From Ancylonema sp. (taxonomy: Eukaryota): 64,000 nucleotides of DNA. The stretch lies in NCBI GenBank assembly GCA_050230475.1, contig JBFLGF010000034.1, forward strand, positions 1 through 64,000. The letters are read 5' to 3'. A program made the translations under genes and the position numbers. This document shows positions 23,401-36,740 of this stretch, in pieces. A model generated the notes under the pieces. The model worked only from the letters and a program-made list of their open reading frames with translations. It was not told where the DNA came from and ran no database searches. Position 1 is the first letter of the stretch; each line of letters opens with the position of its first letter.

Positions 23401-24843
23401 TGTGTTTGTTGCTCCCATCGTATCTGCTGCGTACTTGCCACCCTACCTCTTCCTTCCTCAACCAGCTCGGGGAGTACGATGCGACGCTGTGGAGGGTTGT
23501 AGAGGCAGATCTATTGGGGGGGGTGGTTGGTTGCACTTCGGACCATATTGGTTTGTCGCGTGACCTAGCTTGTTTGCCGATCGCCCGGGGGGGCGTGGGT
23601 TTGGTTCGTACTTGGGTTCTTGCCCCAGTTGCTTTTATTGGCTCTTATGCTCTCGCCGCACCTGCCTCTCGCCGCGCCTGCTCTCGCATCAGCTTTCCAG
23701 CAGCACGGTTTATCATTCGGCCCGTTTTTCAGCACGAACACAGATCGTGCTTCGAGAAGCGCGAGAGCTTAACAGTTCGCGCGGCACTGCCTCCATATGC
23801 GACCTTGGCCGTGGCTTCTATTCCTCACTTGCAACCGACACTTCTTGATGCTACCTACGCTGCTCCGTTTGAGGTGCTTGTGGCGAGCACCGATCTCGCG
23901 ACATCGAGGGCGAGGCTTCGGTCCGCCAGTGGACCCGGTGCGGGTCATTGGCTACAAGCGTCCCCCATCATTCCCTCCCTTCGTATCCCCCTTCCCCTAT
24001 TCCTTACTGCCGTGCGCTTGCGCCTCGGGTTTCCCCACCCTTGTCTTGCTACCTATGATACGTGCGCGTGCGGCAACTCTATGGACGCCCTGGGTACGCA
24101 TCTTATGCGCTGCAGTCGAGGGGGGGAGCGCACTTCATCTCATGACTCGGTGCGAGATTCCGTATATCACATCCTCCGCGAGTCGGGTCCGCATGTTCAA
24201 CGAGAACGTACGGGGTTTCTTCCGTCTTCCGCTCCGGGCGGTCGTGGGGGGCGAGTGGATATTGTTATTTCGGATGTGGTGGAGGGGCATATTTTGGTGG
24301 ATGTGGTCATTGCTCACCCCACGCGGCGTGACTTGGTGGATCTCGCGGCTTGTCGAGGGTTGGTGGCCGCATAAGATGCAGAACGGCGCAAAGAAACTCA
24401 TTATCGTGATCGCGCGGCAGGGACCAAGTTTATCCCGTTTGCGTTAGAGGCGTACGGTGCGCTTTCCGATGCAAGCAATCGGTTATTGGTGGATTGTGCT
24501 CACCGTGCGGCGCAACTGAATGGGCGGTCGGGGCGCGGAATGTTAGTTTGTTAGTTACTTGGTTTCGGCAGAGAGTTTGTGTTGCTTTACAACGTTCTCT
24601 AGCACATGCAATCCATGCTAGGACGTTGCGATTGCAAGAGGGTATGGCTCTATTACCTCCCCCCCCTCCGCGGGTGTTATTGTCGTCAGTAGAGTGAAGG
24701 AGTTGCTCGGTTGTTTTAGGATTGGGGTTGTTTTCCTTCTTCTGTTCCTTTAGGCTGGTACGATAACGTTGGTGTTGTACTCAGATGGGGTTCCCATCGT
24801 GCTTGAATAAAATGCGTCTTTCTATTTAGGGTGCCCAGTACGG
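20453..24843. mobile_element. TA-flanked TIR element (Tc1/mariner-pogo-like, non-autonomous) carrying a non-LTR retroelement
   Basis: TIRs CCGTACGGGGCACCGTAAAT / ATTTAGGGTGCCCAGTACGG (18/20 match). TA on both sides (20451-20452, 24844-24845). Interrupts an AACCCTGATT repeat array. Confidence 0.7.
21482..24813 (+). mobile_element. CRE-clade non-LTR retrotransposon (zinc finger - RT - CCHC - restriction-like endonuclease), frameshifted
   Basis: CPNNC..WLARH zinc finger. RT motifs VRPLAVGE, DVKNAFN, GTRQGDPLG and IADE (YADD position); LPIARGGVG. CACG..HLMRC knuckle. RLE motifs SHDSVRD, RVDIV, VDV.IAHP, E.RK..HY and FIPFALEAYG. ORF ends at 24697; AATAAA at ~24807. Confidence 0.9.
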
Positions 24844-24845
24844 TA

Positions 24846-25345
24846 ATCCTAACTAACCTTAATTAACCCTGAATATCCTGAATAATCCCGATAACTCTGA
24901 TTAAGCCTCATTAACCCTAGGATTATTAACCCTGAACTACCTCTCAAAATTAATATCACGAACCGGGACAAAACAAACCGGACAGGTTAATAATTGACAC
25001 GTCAGATTTCACCGAAACCAGGTGGAAGATCGGGTGGAAGTTTTTTTTAAAATTAGACAGGTTATTAATTGGCGCAATATAATTATAAACTAGTTTCTCT
25101 GTACCCGGCGGGCGGCGGCGAGATCAGGCCTAAAATAACCCTTTTTAACCCTGATTAACCCTGTTTAACTCCGATTAACCTTGTTTAACCCTGGTAGCCC
25201 CGATAACCCTTAGGGCTATCGGGTTCAATCAGGGTTAACCCGTAACCTCGAGGTTTCACCCCTGATTTCGGGAGCAGGGTTAAATCAGGATATTAACCTC
25301 GAGATTAAGGGTTAAGGGTTATCAGGGTTAAGGGTTAACCCCGCG
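24846..25345. repeat. AACCCTG / CAGGGTT telomere-like degenerate repeat array (continues the 20340-20450 array)
   Basis: Repeated taaccctg units, then inverted cagggtta units from ~25215. Confidence 0.7.
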
Positions 25346-25743
25346 TCTGTTGATGGGGGAGAAGACCGAGAATTTGTTTTGTTGTAACGAAATATTCGAG
25401 ATTCTCGAGGTTTTATATCGGGGTTCCAATGTGTCCTGTTGCTGTATCGTGTGTCACTATATGGAGGTGCGACGACTACGCAAGGGCGGACTTCGAGCGA
25501 AAGACCCCAACTACCTTTCCTGGACGTGTGCCGACATCCCTCGCGTGAGCACCAATTGCTAAGACTGGAAGCGCCTCGCATCAGGCACAGAGGTGCGTTA
25601 TGTACGTAATTTAACGCACGGTCTTCCTGAAGACCGTGGAGTGGCACGACGCAAGGTCGGCAACGGCTTGGTCCGCCGAGGTCCATCTGAAAGTCTTCGA
25701 ATTAGGGTATTGAAAGCTGGATACGCTAAGCGGGAGGTGTAAT

Positions 25744-28175
25744 CTGTCGAAGCCTGTTCCTCAACTGAAGGAGCAGTCCACGAAGCTGCACAACCTGTCA
25801 GTGCTGCAGAGGATGGACCCGGCGATCGAAGACGTCTTGGCCACAGCCGTTCACGTGGTCCTCTACGAATTTGATGTTGCGGAATCGTCTTGGGTAATCC
25901 TCCAACTACTTTTATGAATCCTGTTTGAGCTCCAAGAATCAATGCGTTCTTATTGCAACAAGATAAGGTGGAGGGCTAACGTATAATATTCGTCTCCGGA
26001 GAAAGTTGGGGCTATTGTCCTGGCCGGTACGGTACTCAGATCAGGTGGGGGTGAACCTCAGAGATTGGCTCGTGGGAGAAAATTGGCAAACCCGGTTATA
26101 GTATATAAAAATTGTATGGCTGTATACACAATAGGCTTCGTTTGATACGTGTAGGCAGTGTGGTAAAAGTGATGTTACGTGGTGAGTTGTCCACAAGGCT
26201 CATCGACCCTAAACAAGATGATATCATCCCAGCCCAACGTCAGGTGCAGTTGAGGACGCGAGCATTCTAGAAGTCCCCCAAATTTTTTTGCCTTCAGCCA
26301 ACCTTATGGCCTCATGGCCTCATGGCTCTCAGGAACATGAACATATTCACCGCACCTTTACGACTTCCCACCTTTTCCTACCCCAACTGCCTCGTAACTT
26401 CTTGTTTTTTTTCTTGTGTAGAGTTGCAAGGACGTTGAGGGATCTCTTTTTGTGGTGAAGAGGTAGGGTTGGAGAACGGGGCAATGATACAGTCTATACC
26501 TCTGTACCTCTGTAGATATGATACCTCTGTACAGTCACACCCCCTACCAAGGCAACCAGAATCTGGAAAAATCATCTATCCTACACATTCCATTCTCTGT
26601 ACAGGCACAAGCTCTATAAATCGCTATTTTTGGTGAGGCATCAAAATCCGTCACCATGCCTGTTTTCTTAAGAGGATCGATTGTAGGAGATGCGGCAGGC
26701 AGAGACTGAATGCAACTGAGGTGGCGGGTTCGGGGGCGGGGTTGGGGGCGGGTGGCAGGAGGGACCAGCCGCGCTTCCAGTTCATGGTCATGAATCGCAA
26801 GAGCGCCGGTAAGGTTCAGGGTTCAGGGTTCAGTGTTCAGGGTCCAGGGTTTAGGGTTTAATTCACTCGTATGTTCGCTGCCCACCGGACAAAAAGCCGT
26901 ATCTCCTGACCCGATGTAGGGATGGGGTGATTGGCAGAGAACCTGGTGGAGGACTTCATGGGCGATTTCACGTTTGAGGTTCAGGAACCGTACCTCATTT
27001 ACCGTAACTCCCGCCAGGAGGTGAACGGGATCTGGTTCTTCCACAAACACGAGAGGGACGAAATCTCGGATCTGTTCACGAGAATACAGAACACATTCCA
27101 CAAACAGCACCCGAACCCATCCGCCCCACTCAGGTGAGGCCCACCCACCCTCCTCCCAACCGCCCTCACCCAACCGCAGTTAACCGAGTCGGGCCTGCTC
27201 CAGTAAGACTTCGACTTGTCGAAAAGAATACTCCTGGGGGGAAGAAAAAATATTCCTTTATACAGGTTCTTCATTAAAACACAAGTGGAATAACTACAGC
27301 CCCCGACGGCAGGGACATTTTCTGCAGCAATTATTCTTTTAGACAGTGTTATTTTGTAAGTTTACTGTATATGAAGACGCGTTAGGGGGGCGGGTGTGCA
27401 GTACCTCATACTCGGAATCAAAGCCCCCAGTCCCCAGCCTGGAGCCCTCCGCCCCCCCGGCCTCGCAGGGCCTCATGGACCAGCACTTGAGCAGCTTCCT
27501 GGAAACTTCCCACCACCTCAGTTCCTCCCCATCCGCCCCCCCCAACCCCCTTCCTCTTCTCACCGACCTCTTTGCCGCATCCTCAGTCCCCAATCCCCCC
27601 CCCGCCGGGTTGGTGGCAACCGATTTGGCCCAACACAGCAGCACCAGAGTGGCCACTACCACTTCTTCTTCTACGCACTTTTTTGTCCCCCCCCCCCCCC
27701 CGGCGGCCTCCGCCCCACCCACCCTGGCGGACAACACGAGGGGAGGGGCGGGACACCAACCCGGGGTGTTGCAACCCTTTCCGCTCATCAATTCACCGTC
27801 CCCTGTTGTTGTAAATAAACAAGGCATTCGAGTTGCGTTGGCGCGCTTGGTGCAGGTAGGTTTGACGCGCTTGGTGCCTGAAATGAACTCCGCACTGTTG
27901 TGATAAAACGGGATGTGATATTAAGCAAGTGTACAGTGTTGTCGTCTTTCCAATGTGGATACAAGGAGAGGAATCTATATTTGATCGATTTAGATTTGCT
28001 CGATATATGTATTTGATCAAATATATTTGATCGATGTATATTTGCGATGAATTTTCTTGGAACGAAAATTTATTTTTATCAAGGCCTTCATATTCTTTGT
28101 TGTGTCAATTTTGTGCAGGATGACGCATTTATCGACATGGTGTATCAAGCAGTCGTAAAGGCTCATCCGTCTTAA
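25744..28175 (+). CDS. DCP1: mRNA decapping activator DCP1 (6 exons: ~25744-25893, 26422-26462, ~26759-26808, ~26937-27133, ~27402-27855, 28119-28175); start codon unresolved
   Basis: EVH1 domain NLSVLQRMDPAIEDVLATAVHVVLYEF..W / KDVEGSLFVVKR / QPRFQFMVMNRKS / ENLVEDFMGDFTFEVQEPYLIYRNSRQEVNGIWF. C-terminal trimerisation helix IRVALARLVQ/DDAFIDMVYQ. GT-AG junctions. Confidence 0.93.
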
Positions 28176-28654
28176 TTGCAGTTGCATACGCCACGTGTGG
28201 GGCTCATCTTTCTCGATGGGGACCTTTGGTCGTGTTGCGACTCCTTATTGATAGGTCATAAAGATGTTAAAGAACAAGGTGTGTATTTGTAAGTTTTTTT
28301 TTTAATTTTTATTTTTAAAATCTTGCTCTTGCACCCCGCATTTTTGTAGTGTGTCGAATTGAAGCATGAAAATCTTGTTTATGCACCAACATTTTCATCA
28401 TGATAATGATGAAAAGTGTATGACTCATGGTTTTGTACCATGGCCAATAGTAGGGACATCTACAAACACATCTTGACAAACTTGAACATTAGTTGAACTT
28501 CATGGATTGTATTTCTACGTCGCGTTCAAGTGCATCAAGGCAGATCATGTGTTTGTTTGATTGAGTAACTTGCGGTTTACAATTTGAAGGACGAACAATA
28601 TAGAAACATCAAAAGTTCAATGCGATCGAGTTCATTTGACTTGTTGGTATTTGG

Positions 28655-31600
28655 TGTGAGTGCTTTCTTCTGCCATCGATACAAGAATAAAGCACAATTC
28701 GACAGATCACGTCATTACAAACGTTCACACAACAAAAGTGCAACTTTGAAGTAGAAAAGTCTGATTACAGAATTCAGCATACAAGCTCAGACCTAGTACA
28801 GTCGATTGTTACCTGGTCAAAGAATCTACTGGTATTGAAACTAGGAGCGCTTGTGAAAAACAGGATTCTCAGCAAGATTCAAAGAACTCTCATTGTCTCC
28901 CAGCAATAGCACACCCCCCCCACCAATACCCAACTCCTTTTGTATCTAGCTCAAATAAATGGCCTCATTTCCAGCAGCACTCAGTGCCAAATACTCACTT
29001 TCACAGCTTGAGTGTGTGACTGTTTCCAGGAGACCACTTTTACAGCAGCTCCTCCAGTAAGAAAGACATAGCCAGTTCTCCCCTTCCTAGTGTCGACGTC
29101 GTCACCATGACTAGCATCTGGTAACCGATGACTGGCAAATCACTTCTTTTCTTATACATCAGCCCCAAATTGACAGTTCCCTTGAGATATCGCAAAACTC
29201 TCTTTACCCCCTCCCAATGCTTGTCCCCTGGCTGCTGACTGTAATCGACACAAGGAGTTAACAGCAGCTGCCAGATCAGGTCTTGTTGTTCTAGAAGTGA
29301 GATACAACAAACTGCCCATTGCAGACTTGTAGCCCACACCCTCTTTCCAGCAGATTCAGAAGCAGATTCACCAGTTTGCAGAAAATTTTACACCCAGCTC
29401 AAGAGGAGCATCATCAGGATACCATTCTAGACCAGCTTCCAGATGATCTTCGTCTTCATCGCCTCCACTAGAATTGCTGACAAGTTCTGGAAGATCTGCA
29501 CTCTGAGGAAGAGGGGATCTCGGAAGCTGTGGCAATGGATCTCCCACAGCATCAGGGATCTCTTCATCGACAGAATTTGGATCGCCGCCATAGGCAGGTT
29601 GCCGATCGCCATAGGCAAGTTGCCGGCCAACACTACCCCCTCCTGCTCCTTGATCGCTCCTTGATCAGCTGCATCCAGATGACATTTTTGTTTCTGCAAC
29701 TGGCTCATGCACTCTTGTCTTCTTGCCGATTTTCCGACCCCTCCACCAGCTTTGCGTGACAGATTCATCGAAGTCTGCATGACCAGTGCCATCGTTGTGT
29801 ATTTTGTTCGTTGCAGGATCCCAGACTCGGTAGCAAGGAGTGTCGGGATTCCATCCAACTAACACACCAAGCCAAGCCACGCACTCATTTTCCCCGCCCG
29901 ATCTTGTTTCAGACGAGGAGCTGCATCATCTTTGCTGCGAAGTATTTCCACCTAGGATTTTCGGCTGTATTCATCGACGAGCACCTTGTTGTACACTCCT
30001 TCCCCTATTGATGCTGGATTGAACGGCCCTTCCAAGTCTACCGACACTCTTCCTAGGCAGACTTGTTCTCCTTCACCAACTTCTCGTCGAGGATGAGGTT
30101 TGTCGTGTGCCTTCCCCAGCTTGCACCCTTCACAGTTTTGCAGAACTCCTGAGATGCCTCCTTCCTGTCCTCGTACAAGATGTTGTCGTGCCACATTTTT
30201 GAGCACTCTCTCATTTGCATGCCCAAGTCTTGTGTGGAGGAGGTTGATTTCGACAGCAGCTACAACAGCTTCCCCTTTAGTAAGTTGCTGATGTCGAACC
30301 GGTGTGCAGATTAGAGTTTTTCGACCTGTCGATGTTTCGTGCAGAGTGCAGACTTGTTGTCCAAATTTGTTGTAAACTATAATGATGCCACCAGCTTTTC
30401 CACTGCAAGTGTAAGACCACCCTGCTTCTCTGGCTTTCTGACCGCTGAACAAATTAATGCGCATTCCAGGAATGTACAAACATTTCTTGAGTGTTACTTC
30501 TCCACACTCTCCCTCGGTATTCAGCTCAATTGTTCCCCACTGCTTCACTCGCACACTTCCGACCAGATGATGCATGATGACCTCGTGTGGAATGTCTTCG
30601 ATGATTTTGAAAAGATTTTTTATGCCCACAAGAATGGTGACTGGAACCATCGTCGAAAAGGAAATCTTTCTCTGCATCATCATCATCTGCAACATTTCCT
30701 TCACAAATTTTGGAGCGATGATAGCTTCTGCATGACCACAGCTCTTCCCTTGATCGATTTCGCCAACGAAAGCTCTTTTTCTCCCAGTGCGTACCCTCTT
30801 TCTCTGCATTCGTGGAGCTTCGTTTTTCTTGTCGAAACATGTTAATTCCACATGACCAATGGCTCCACAATATTTGCATTCTTCGTTTTTCTTGGGTCAG
30901 TCTCTGCTGTAGTGACCTGTCTCTCCACAAGTATAGCAGGAATGTCCTCCACTTGATCCACTGCCTCCACCTGTGCCTCCACGACCACCTCTGATTCCAC
31001 GATTATTTGCTGAATACCCACTGAATGTACCCCTGCCTCCACGATTGTCGATACCACCACCTCTGTCTTGGCTCCACGTAGCATAGTTTGCCTCTACAAC
31101 TAGTGCCTCAGCATCTTTTACATCTTTTTCTTTCTTGTCGTCCAGCTCATCCATTCCCATCTTCTGCCCCCAGATCCAGCTGATCCCAGGTGCCTCTTTT
31201 TTCTGTCCATAGTAAAAAAGCTTCTTCAACATGCCGTATTTTGTTGTTCTTGATGGCATGCCAGCAAACAATGCCATCACCTTATCTTCTGCGCTGACTG
31301 GAAATTTTTTTTGATGTACACACCTCTCTGATGATCGACAGAAAAGTATTCTTGATTTCTCTGACTGGCATCTTTTCATCGATCTTGAAAAGTTCAGCTT
31401 TTCTTTTGCAATCTGTCGAAGTTCTGGAGACACCTTGTCATACTCCTCTGTCAGATAGTCCCACACCTTTTTTGGATCTCGTTCAAATTGTTCAAGTGAT
31501 GTAGCCATGTCGTCACTGACAAGTTGCATGAGTAGCATGACTGCCTTCTTTGATCTTTTGCGGAAGCTTCTTCTAACATCAAGTGTATACTCCTCCATTT

Positions 31601-31990
31601 CTGCTTCATTTGTTGGCCAGTGTTCATCATCATATCTGGCTGTAACCTCAGTTGGAATAGTCTTTGTTTCTTTGCAAATCTCAAGGCACTCAGCATCATC
31701 AAGAGTAGCTGAGGCCTTAGATCTCCATGCTTGAAAGGTAACTTTATCTCCATCCAGAATGCAGTACCGTATACCACTGTGAGTGCTTTCTACCGCCATC
31801 GATGCAAGAATAAAGCACAATTCTCTCAGACATCGACAGATCACGTCATTACAAACGTTGACACAACAAAAGTGCAAGTTTGAAGTAGAAAGTATTGATT
31901 AAAGTCTGATTACAGAATTCGGCATACAAGCTCAGACCTAGTACAATCAATTGTTGCCTGGTCAAAGAATCTACTGGTATCGAAACTACT
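28655..31990 (-). mobile_element. Internally deleted, degenerate Ty1/Copia element (gag, PR, partial IN, partial RT/RH)
   Basis: gag from ATG ~31799 with CYTCGETGHYSRD and CKYCGAIGH knuckles. FLFDDGSSHH protease, LHTRLGH..CEGCKLGK, VDLEGPF, GSLLYL..RPDLAAAV and ENPVFHKRS. Integrase core and most of RT are missing. Confidence 0.88.
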
Positions 31991-34192
31991 TCGTCAACTG
32001 CCAATCATATCCAAGCATTCTGCCACATCAACTAGTTCTTATCGACACTTGTGCCAGATGATATGGCCAAGTAATCATTATTGAAACAAGGACATCGGCC
32101 TGCAGCAGCCGGCCTGCAGCCTGCATTTGCTGAATAACGACAAAACGAAAGCTAAATTCCCGGTATTGCTAAAATCGATATAACGACAAAAGTTCACAGC
32201 CCCTAAAAACTAACATTGGGACGTGCTTTTTAGTAAGGTATTGTATCCACACACACCTCATGCTAATTCCTCACGTCATTCGCATACACCTTTGTCACTT
32301 TGTATCAAGTTGCCCATTTGGCTCGTCTTGATTGGGTGTGGCCGAATAACAATGTGTTGAGAACATCATTGATTGCGATATTGATTGAACAACAAGCGAG
32401 CGCGTACTGAGCGCGTACTGAGCGCGCTCGATTGCGATCGTATCATACGCACTCGAAGATAGTTGAATGGTGCGAACCCATACATATGATGTTTTTCCCA
32501 CACACATTTCCCTAACACCCGCATGTCCGATTTCGTGGAACGCTTGTGCTTATCACCTAGCGGGCTCGAGGGAATCTTGCGAGCGGTGCAAACTGAGATA
32601 CCATAACACCATATATCCGCCGCTTACAACGAATATAAGTAGGCATGTGTAATGTCGCATGTCGCAAGTCGGATGCCCCAAGCGTGACATGTCCTGCATA
32701 CCGTACTACTCGGATATAATGACCCGGAAATCGTTCAGAAAAGGGTTGGTCATTAAAAAAGTAGTTGGTAAAAGGGCGGGTCTTTCTACATGTGGACCAT
32801 GAGAGAATAGTTGAATTTCAGGGATTTGGGAAAATTTATATAAGGTGCGCAGGTGGGTTGATTGGTGGGTCATTAGTTTTTTTTTTTTTTTTTTTTTTTT
32901 TTAACGGGTTATTATGTTAGTTGAGTATGGTAGATGCGCTTTTTCGTTTTGCGTTTTTGTATTCAATTGAACGCATGCACTTTCCGCACGCATACCATAG
33001 TTACCCGAACCCTCGGAACCGGGTTCGAAGGTCCGCATCTCGGACCGGGGTCCGTCCTTCGAGGCCCAAAACCTCGGACCGACGGTTTGGGGTAATTTCT
33101 GTTCATAAAACATTTTATATTTTTTTCTAGCTCAAAAAACTTCGGAATTTTTCTTATTGTGCAAATTTTCAATGTGACTCTATTAAGAAAATAAAATAAA
33201 ATAAAAATGGCAAGGCAATAGTGATGAAAACCCAAAAACCGAGTTGCATACTTGCACACTTTTCTATAATTTCTGACCGAATCTTATTTGCTCCCACTCC
33301 CCCTACACTACTAATAGCAATTGGGTTGTTTCGACGAAGTTCTTTTACCATTCTCTAATGTATTAAAATTTATCAATGCTCACATGCCATGAAGAAATGA
33401 TGTAATGTTACAAACGAAAGGAATGATTGATTTCGGGTTTCAATAATTATTTAAAAATCATTTACTGTGTCCATTACGCTACACAGGAACCTCTACAGTG
33501 GTGTGAAAAACACACCAATGTACTCAATTTCAACAAACCGAGGGGTACGTACGTGAACCACATCCGACCTAACCAAAGTTTAAAATCCGAGTCTATCAAT
33601 TTCCAACTTCGACACGTTATGTCGAATTTGCAAATTTAATTTCAGAAATCATACCCCCTATGAGCCCGTAGGAGCCCGAATGCGCCCGTTTGAGGCCGGA
33701 AAGCCCTTAGCGCGAACCCGTATGAACCCGGAGCTCGTTGAGCTCAAAACTTGCGAGGTCGCTGGGCTCCGAGCTCGTCAGCGGAGACCTGCAAGCTCAC
33801 AGGCTCAAAGGGCTCACAGGCTCAGAGGCCGCGGGCTCCAGGCTCAAAGGGTTGAAGGGAACTTGAAGTCCCCCATTGCGAAAACGCACGAACCAACAGG
33901 TTAGGAAAGCTGGAAAATTTGTGAGCATTTCCAGATTGTAAACCTCGGTACCAGTGATTCAAATCAAGGTATCCAGGGCAACCACAGATCTTCAGCCGCG
34001 AATGATTGGTACGGCACTTGAGTAATCAAGAAAAATCAACAAAATGCTGCAACCGATGGGGTGCTGCTGGGTAGAATTTGAAGGATGTGGTGTGCCTAAA
34101 GTCCCACTCCCGCCTGTTTGAGCAGGATTCAGCGCACTTCTCTGAGTAATTGTCACTCCCCGTTACCATAATCTATCAAGACGATCTCTACA

Positions 34193-36740
34193 ATGGCATT
34201 TAGGCCCCTGCGCGAGGTGCGTTTTTTACCAACTTTTTGATGAACTGTAACAGTCCGGCGGGTACGCATCTCAAGTGCTGGGAATCAGTCTTTCAGTCTT
34301 GTTTGTCCTCCCCCCCAGCCCCCTTCCCCCCCCTCCCCTTTTTCCACTCTTCAAAAAGCCATAAAAAAAACTGTGTTCTTATCTCCTCCCCAGTTTCTAA
34401 CCAAGTGGTCCCCACGGGCCATCCTCGCCAAGTTGGACAACAGGCGCCTACAACAAGAGATTGACACGCATCGCCTCTTTCTCTTCACAAGGTACTTCAG
34501 TACTTCATTACTTCAGTAATTCAGTGATTCAGTAATCCAGTAATTCAGTCATCCAGTAATGCAGTAAGTCAGTAACTCAGTAATTCAGTTATTCAGTAAT
34601 TCATACGTTCAGTAAGGCGCCTGCCAGGTCTGCTCAAGTGACTCAGTATTAATATCCTGACAGTTCGCTCCTTCCAATCCCGTCGATCCACTCGATGTTT
34701 ACAATGTTTCAAATACTGATCCACATATGTTCCGCATGGCAAATCTCCGCAATTCTCCCGCCAGTTTTGCCGAAGAAAAGGGCAGAAACCAAGGGCAGAA
34801 CTTGGACCTACCCGCCATCGGATCCCGCATCCAGTCACGGGCATCAGAGCTCTCCTTCGAGCATCAACAGCGTGAAGTGGAAGGCAATGTCCATCGCCAG
34901 CTGCTCCACCTCCTGCGTTCGCTGCAGGTGGGCATGCAGCTCCAGACTGGTGCAGAGGCACGGGGGGGAGGCTGCTTTGTGGCCTGAGAGGAGGGGAGAG
35001 GTTGGGTTCAGAGTGCGGCTGGGGCGGAGGAGGAGGTGGAAGATAGGCAGGCTGGTGCAGGGGGGAGGGTGAGCGGTCTCCAGATGGCGGTTGGGGGCGC
35101 GTTTAAGGCACAACACTTACCCGAAAGGTGATGGCTGGCATCCTTCCCATGTGCAAGATGGTTGTTGATTTTTTTGTTCTTCTTCCTTTTAAACATCTTC
35201 TTCTCCTTCTCCTTCTCCTTCTCCCTCTTCTACTTCTTCCACATCTCCCTCTTGGTCTATTCCTTCGCCTACTTCTTCCTCTTGTTTCCCTTCTCCTTCT
35301 GATTTACTCAATTTATTATCGCTCTCCTCCTCCTCCTCCTCTCTCCCCTCCTCCTCTTCCTCTTCCTCTTTCGTCTCCCCTTCCCTTTCCTCTTCCTCCT
35401 CCTCTTCCTCTTCCTCCCCTTCTCCCTCTTCTCCGCCTTATTCTCCTTCTTCTACCTCTTCTTTATCTTCCATATTTCCACTTCGTCTTCTCTTTCTTCA
35501 TCCTCTTGTTCATTTTCTCCTTCTTTGGCTTCTTGAGGTCACCTTCTTCCTTTTTTGTTTCTTCTTCTTCATCGCCCCCTCCTCCTTCCGTATCTCCTTC
35601 CTCCTTTCTTTCTTCCCCTTCTTGGGAGAAACTTTTTTTTTTTTCATAGGAGTACAAATGACTTCCATGTCTACGTAGCCATAAACAAAAACTACTGTAG
35701 TGGATAGGAAGAAAAATGGAGATATCCCAAATGCATGCAGTTCAAGGTTAACAATACCAAGAGTTTGCGTACCAAGAAGCTTCCAAACAAAATCGCCCGA
35801 GGCCTCTGTGGCCATACCAATAAAAGTCCGCTTACACCAAGCAATCCCAAACACGAATTCCCCCCCCATGTCATATTCCCACAGCTCCTTGTCTCGCGAA
35901 GTACGGAATATGAGTTTCGGTCAAGTATCCGACCGCCTCCACTCCTCTCTCGGGTTCACTCTCCACCTCGGCCCCTCCACAATTCCCCACCAAGAAGCCG
36001 GAGAGGGCCTCTTCTTGCGTGGGGAAGCGGGGATCGGGCAAGTAGTGGCCCTATACCCGGGCGTATGCTACACCCCCGCCCACCACGCGTGTATACCCGG
36101 TTACCCGCGGGTGGGCCGCTCCAACCCCTACCTTGTTTCGCGTTTCGATAGGGTGGTGGTGGACGGGTTACCGTGGGGGCGGGGGGGGGGGCGACGGAAA
36201 TGGGGGAGTGGGTTAAGGAGAGAAGATACAATGTGGTATGACGGATTGGGTGCTACGGAGGGAGAAGGCGTGGAAGGGGGGGGCGAAAAGCCAGTGGTTG
36301 ATAGTGTCGCCGTTATGGCAACCCGACGGATGATTGAGAGAAGGAATCCGTTGGCGTTAGCGCACTTTGCGAACCACCCGGGACCGGGCATGGTGCCAAA
36401 TGTGATGTTGTGTCCGTACGATATGCTTGTCACAGACGCTGGCTTGCAGCCATTCTTTCCAAACGTCACTTATGGAGCAACTGATGAGTCTGGTACAAAG
36501 AGAAAGTCTCAAAGAGGAGGAGCATCCTTGGTAGACGAGGATTGTGCCAAATCAGAAAGTAGGAGAGAGGATGTTGGTGTGCGAGATGTGATGGACGTTG
36601 TTCCCGGTCTAGCATTTGTAGCAACCCAAGAGATAAGGAATGAGGAGGTTTTGTTGAACTATAGATTGAGCACGCCTATGGGTAGGCCTGATTGGTATAC
36701 TCCCGTAGATGAGGAAGAAGACAAACGACGGTGGGCTTGA
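34193..36740 (+). CDS. SETD9: SETD9/C5orf35-like SET-domain protein (short 5' exons ~34193-34216, ~34394-34491, ~34765-34927, possibly ~35108-35127; long last exon to 36740)
   Basis: N-terminal RRLQQEIDTHRLFLFT and QQREVEGNVHRQL. SET-like STIPHQEAGEGLFLRG..VVALYPG, RNPLALAHFANHP..PNVM and FVATQEIRNEEVLLNYRLS..PDWYTPVDEEEDKRRW*, typical of the plant family. Confidence 0.85.

Noticed and set aside
35128..35649. 173-aa Leu/Pro-rich ORF
   Set aside because: Translation of a CT-rich low-complexity intron tract in the SETD9-like gene.
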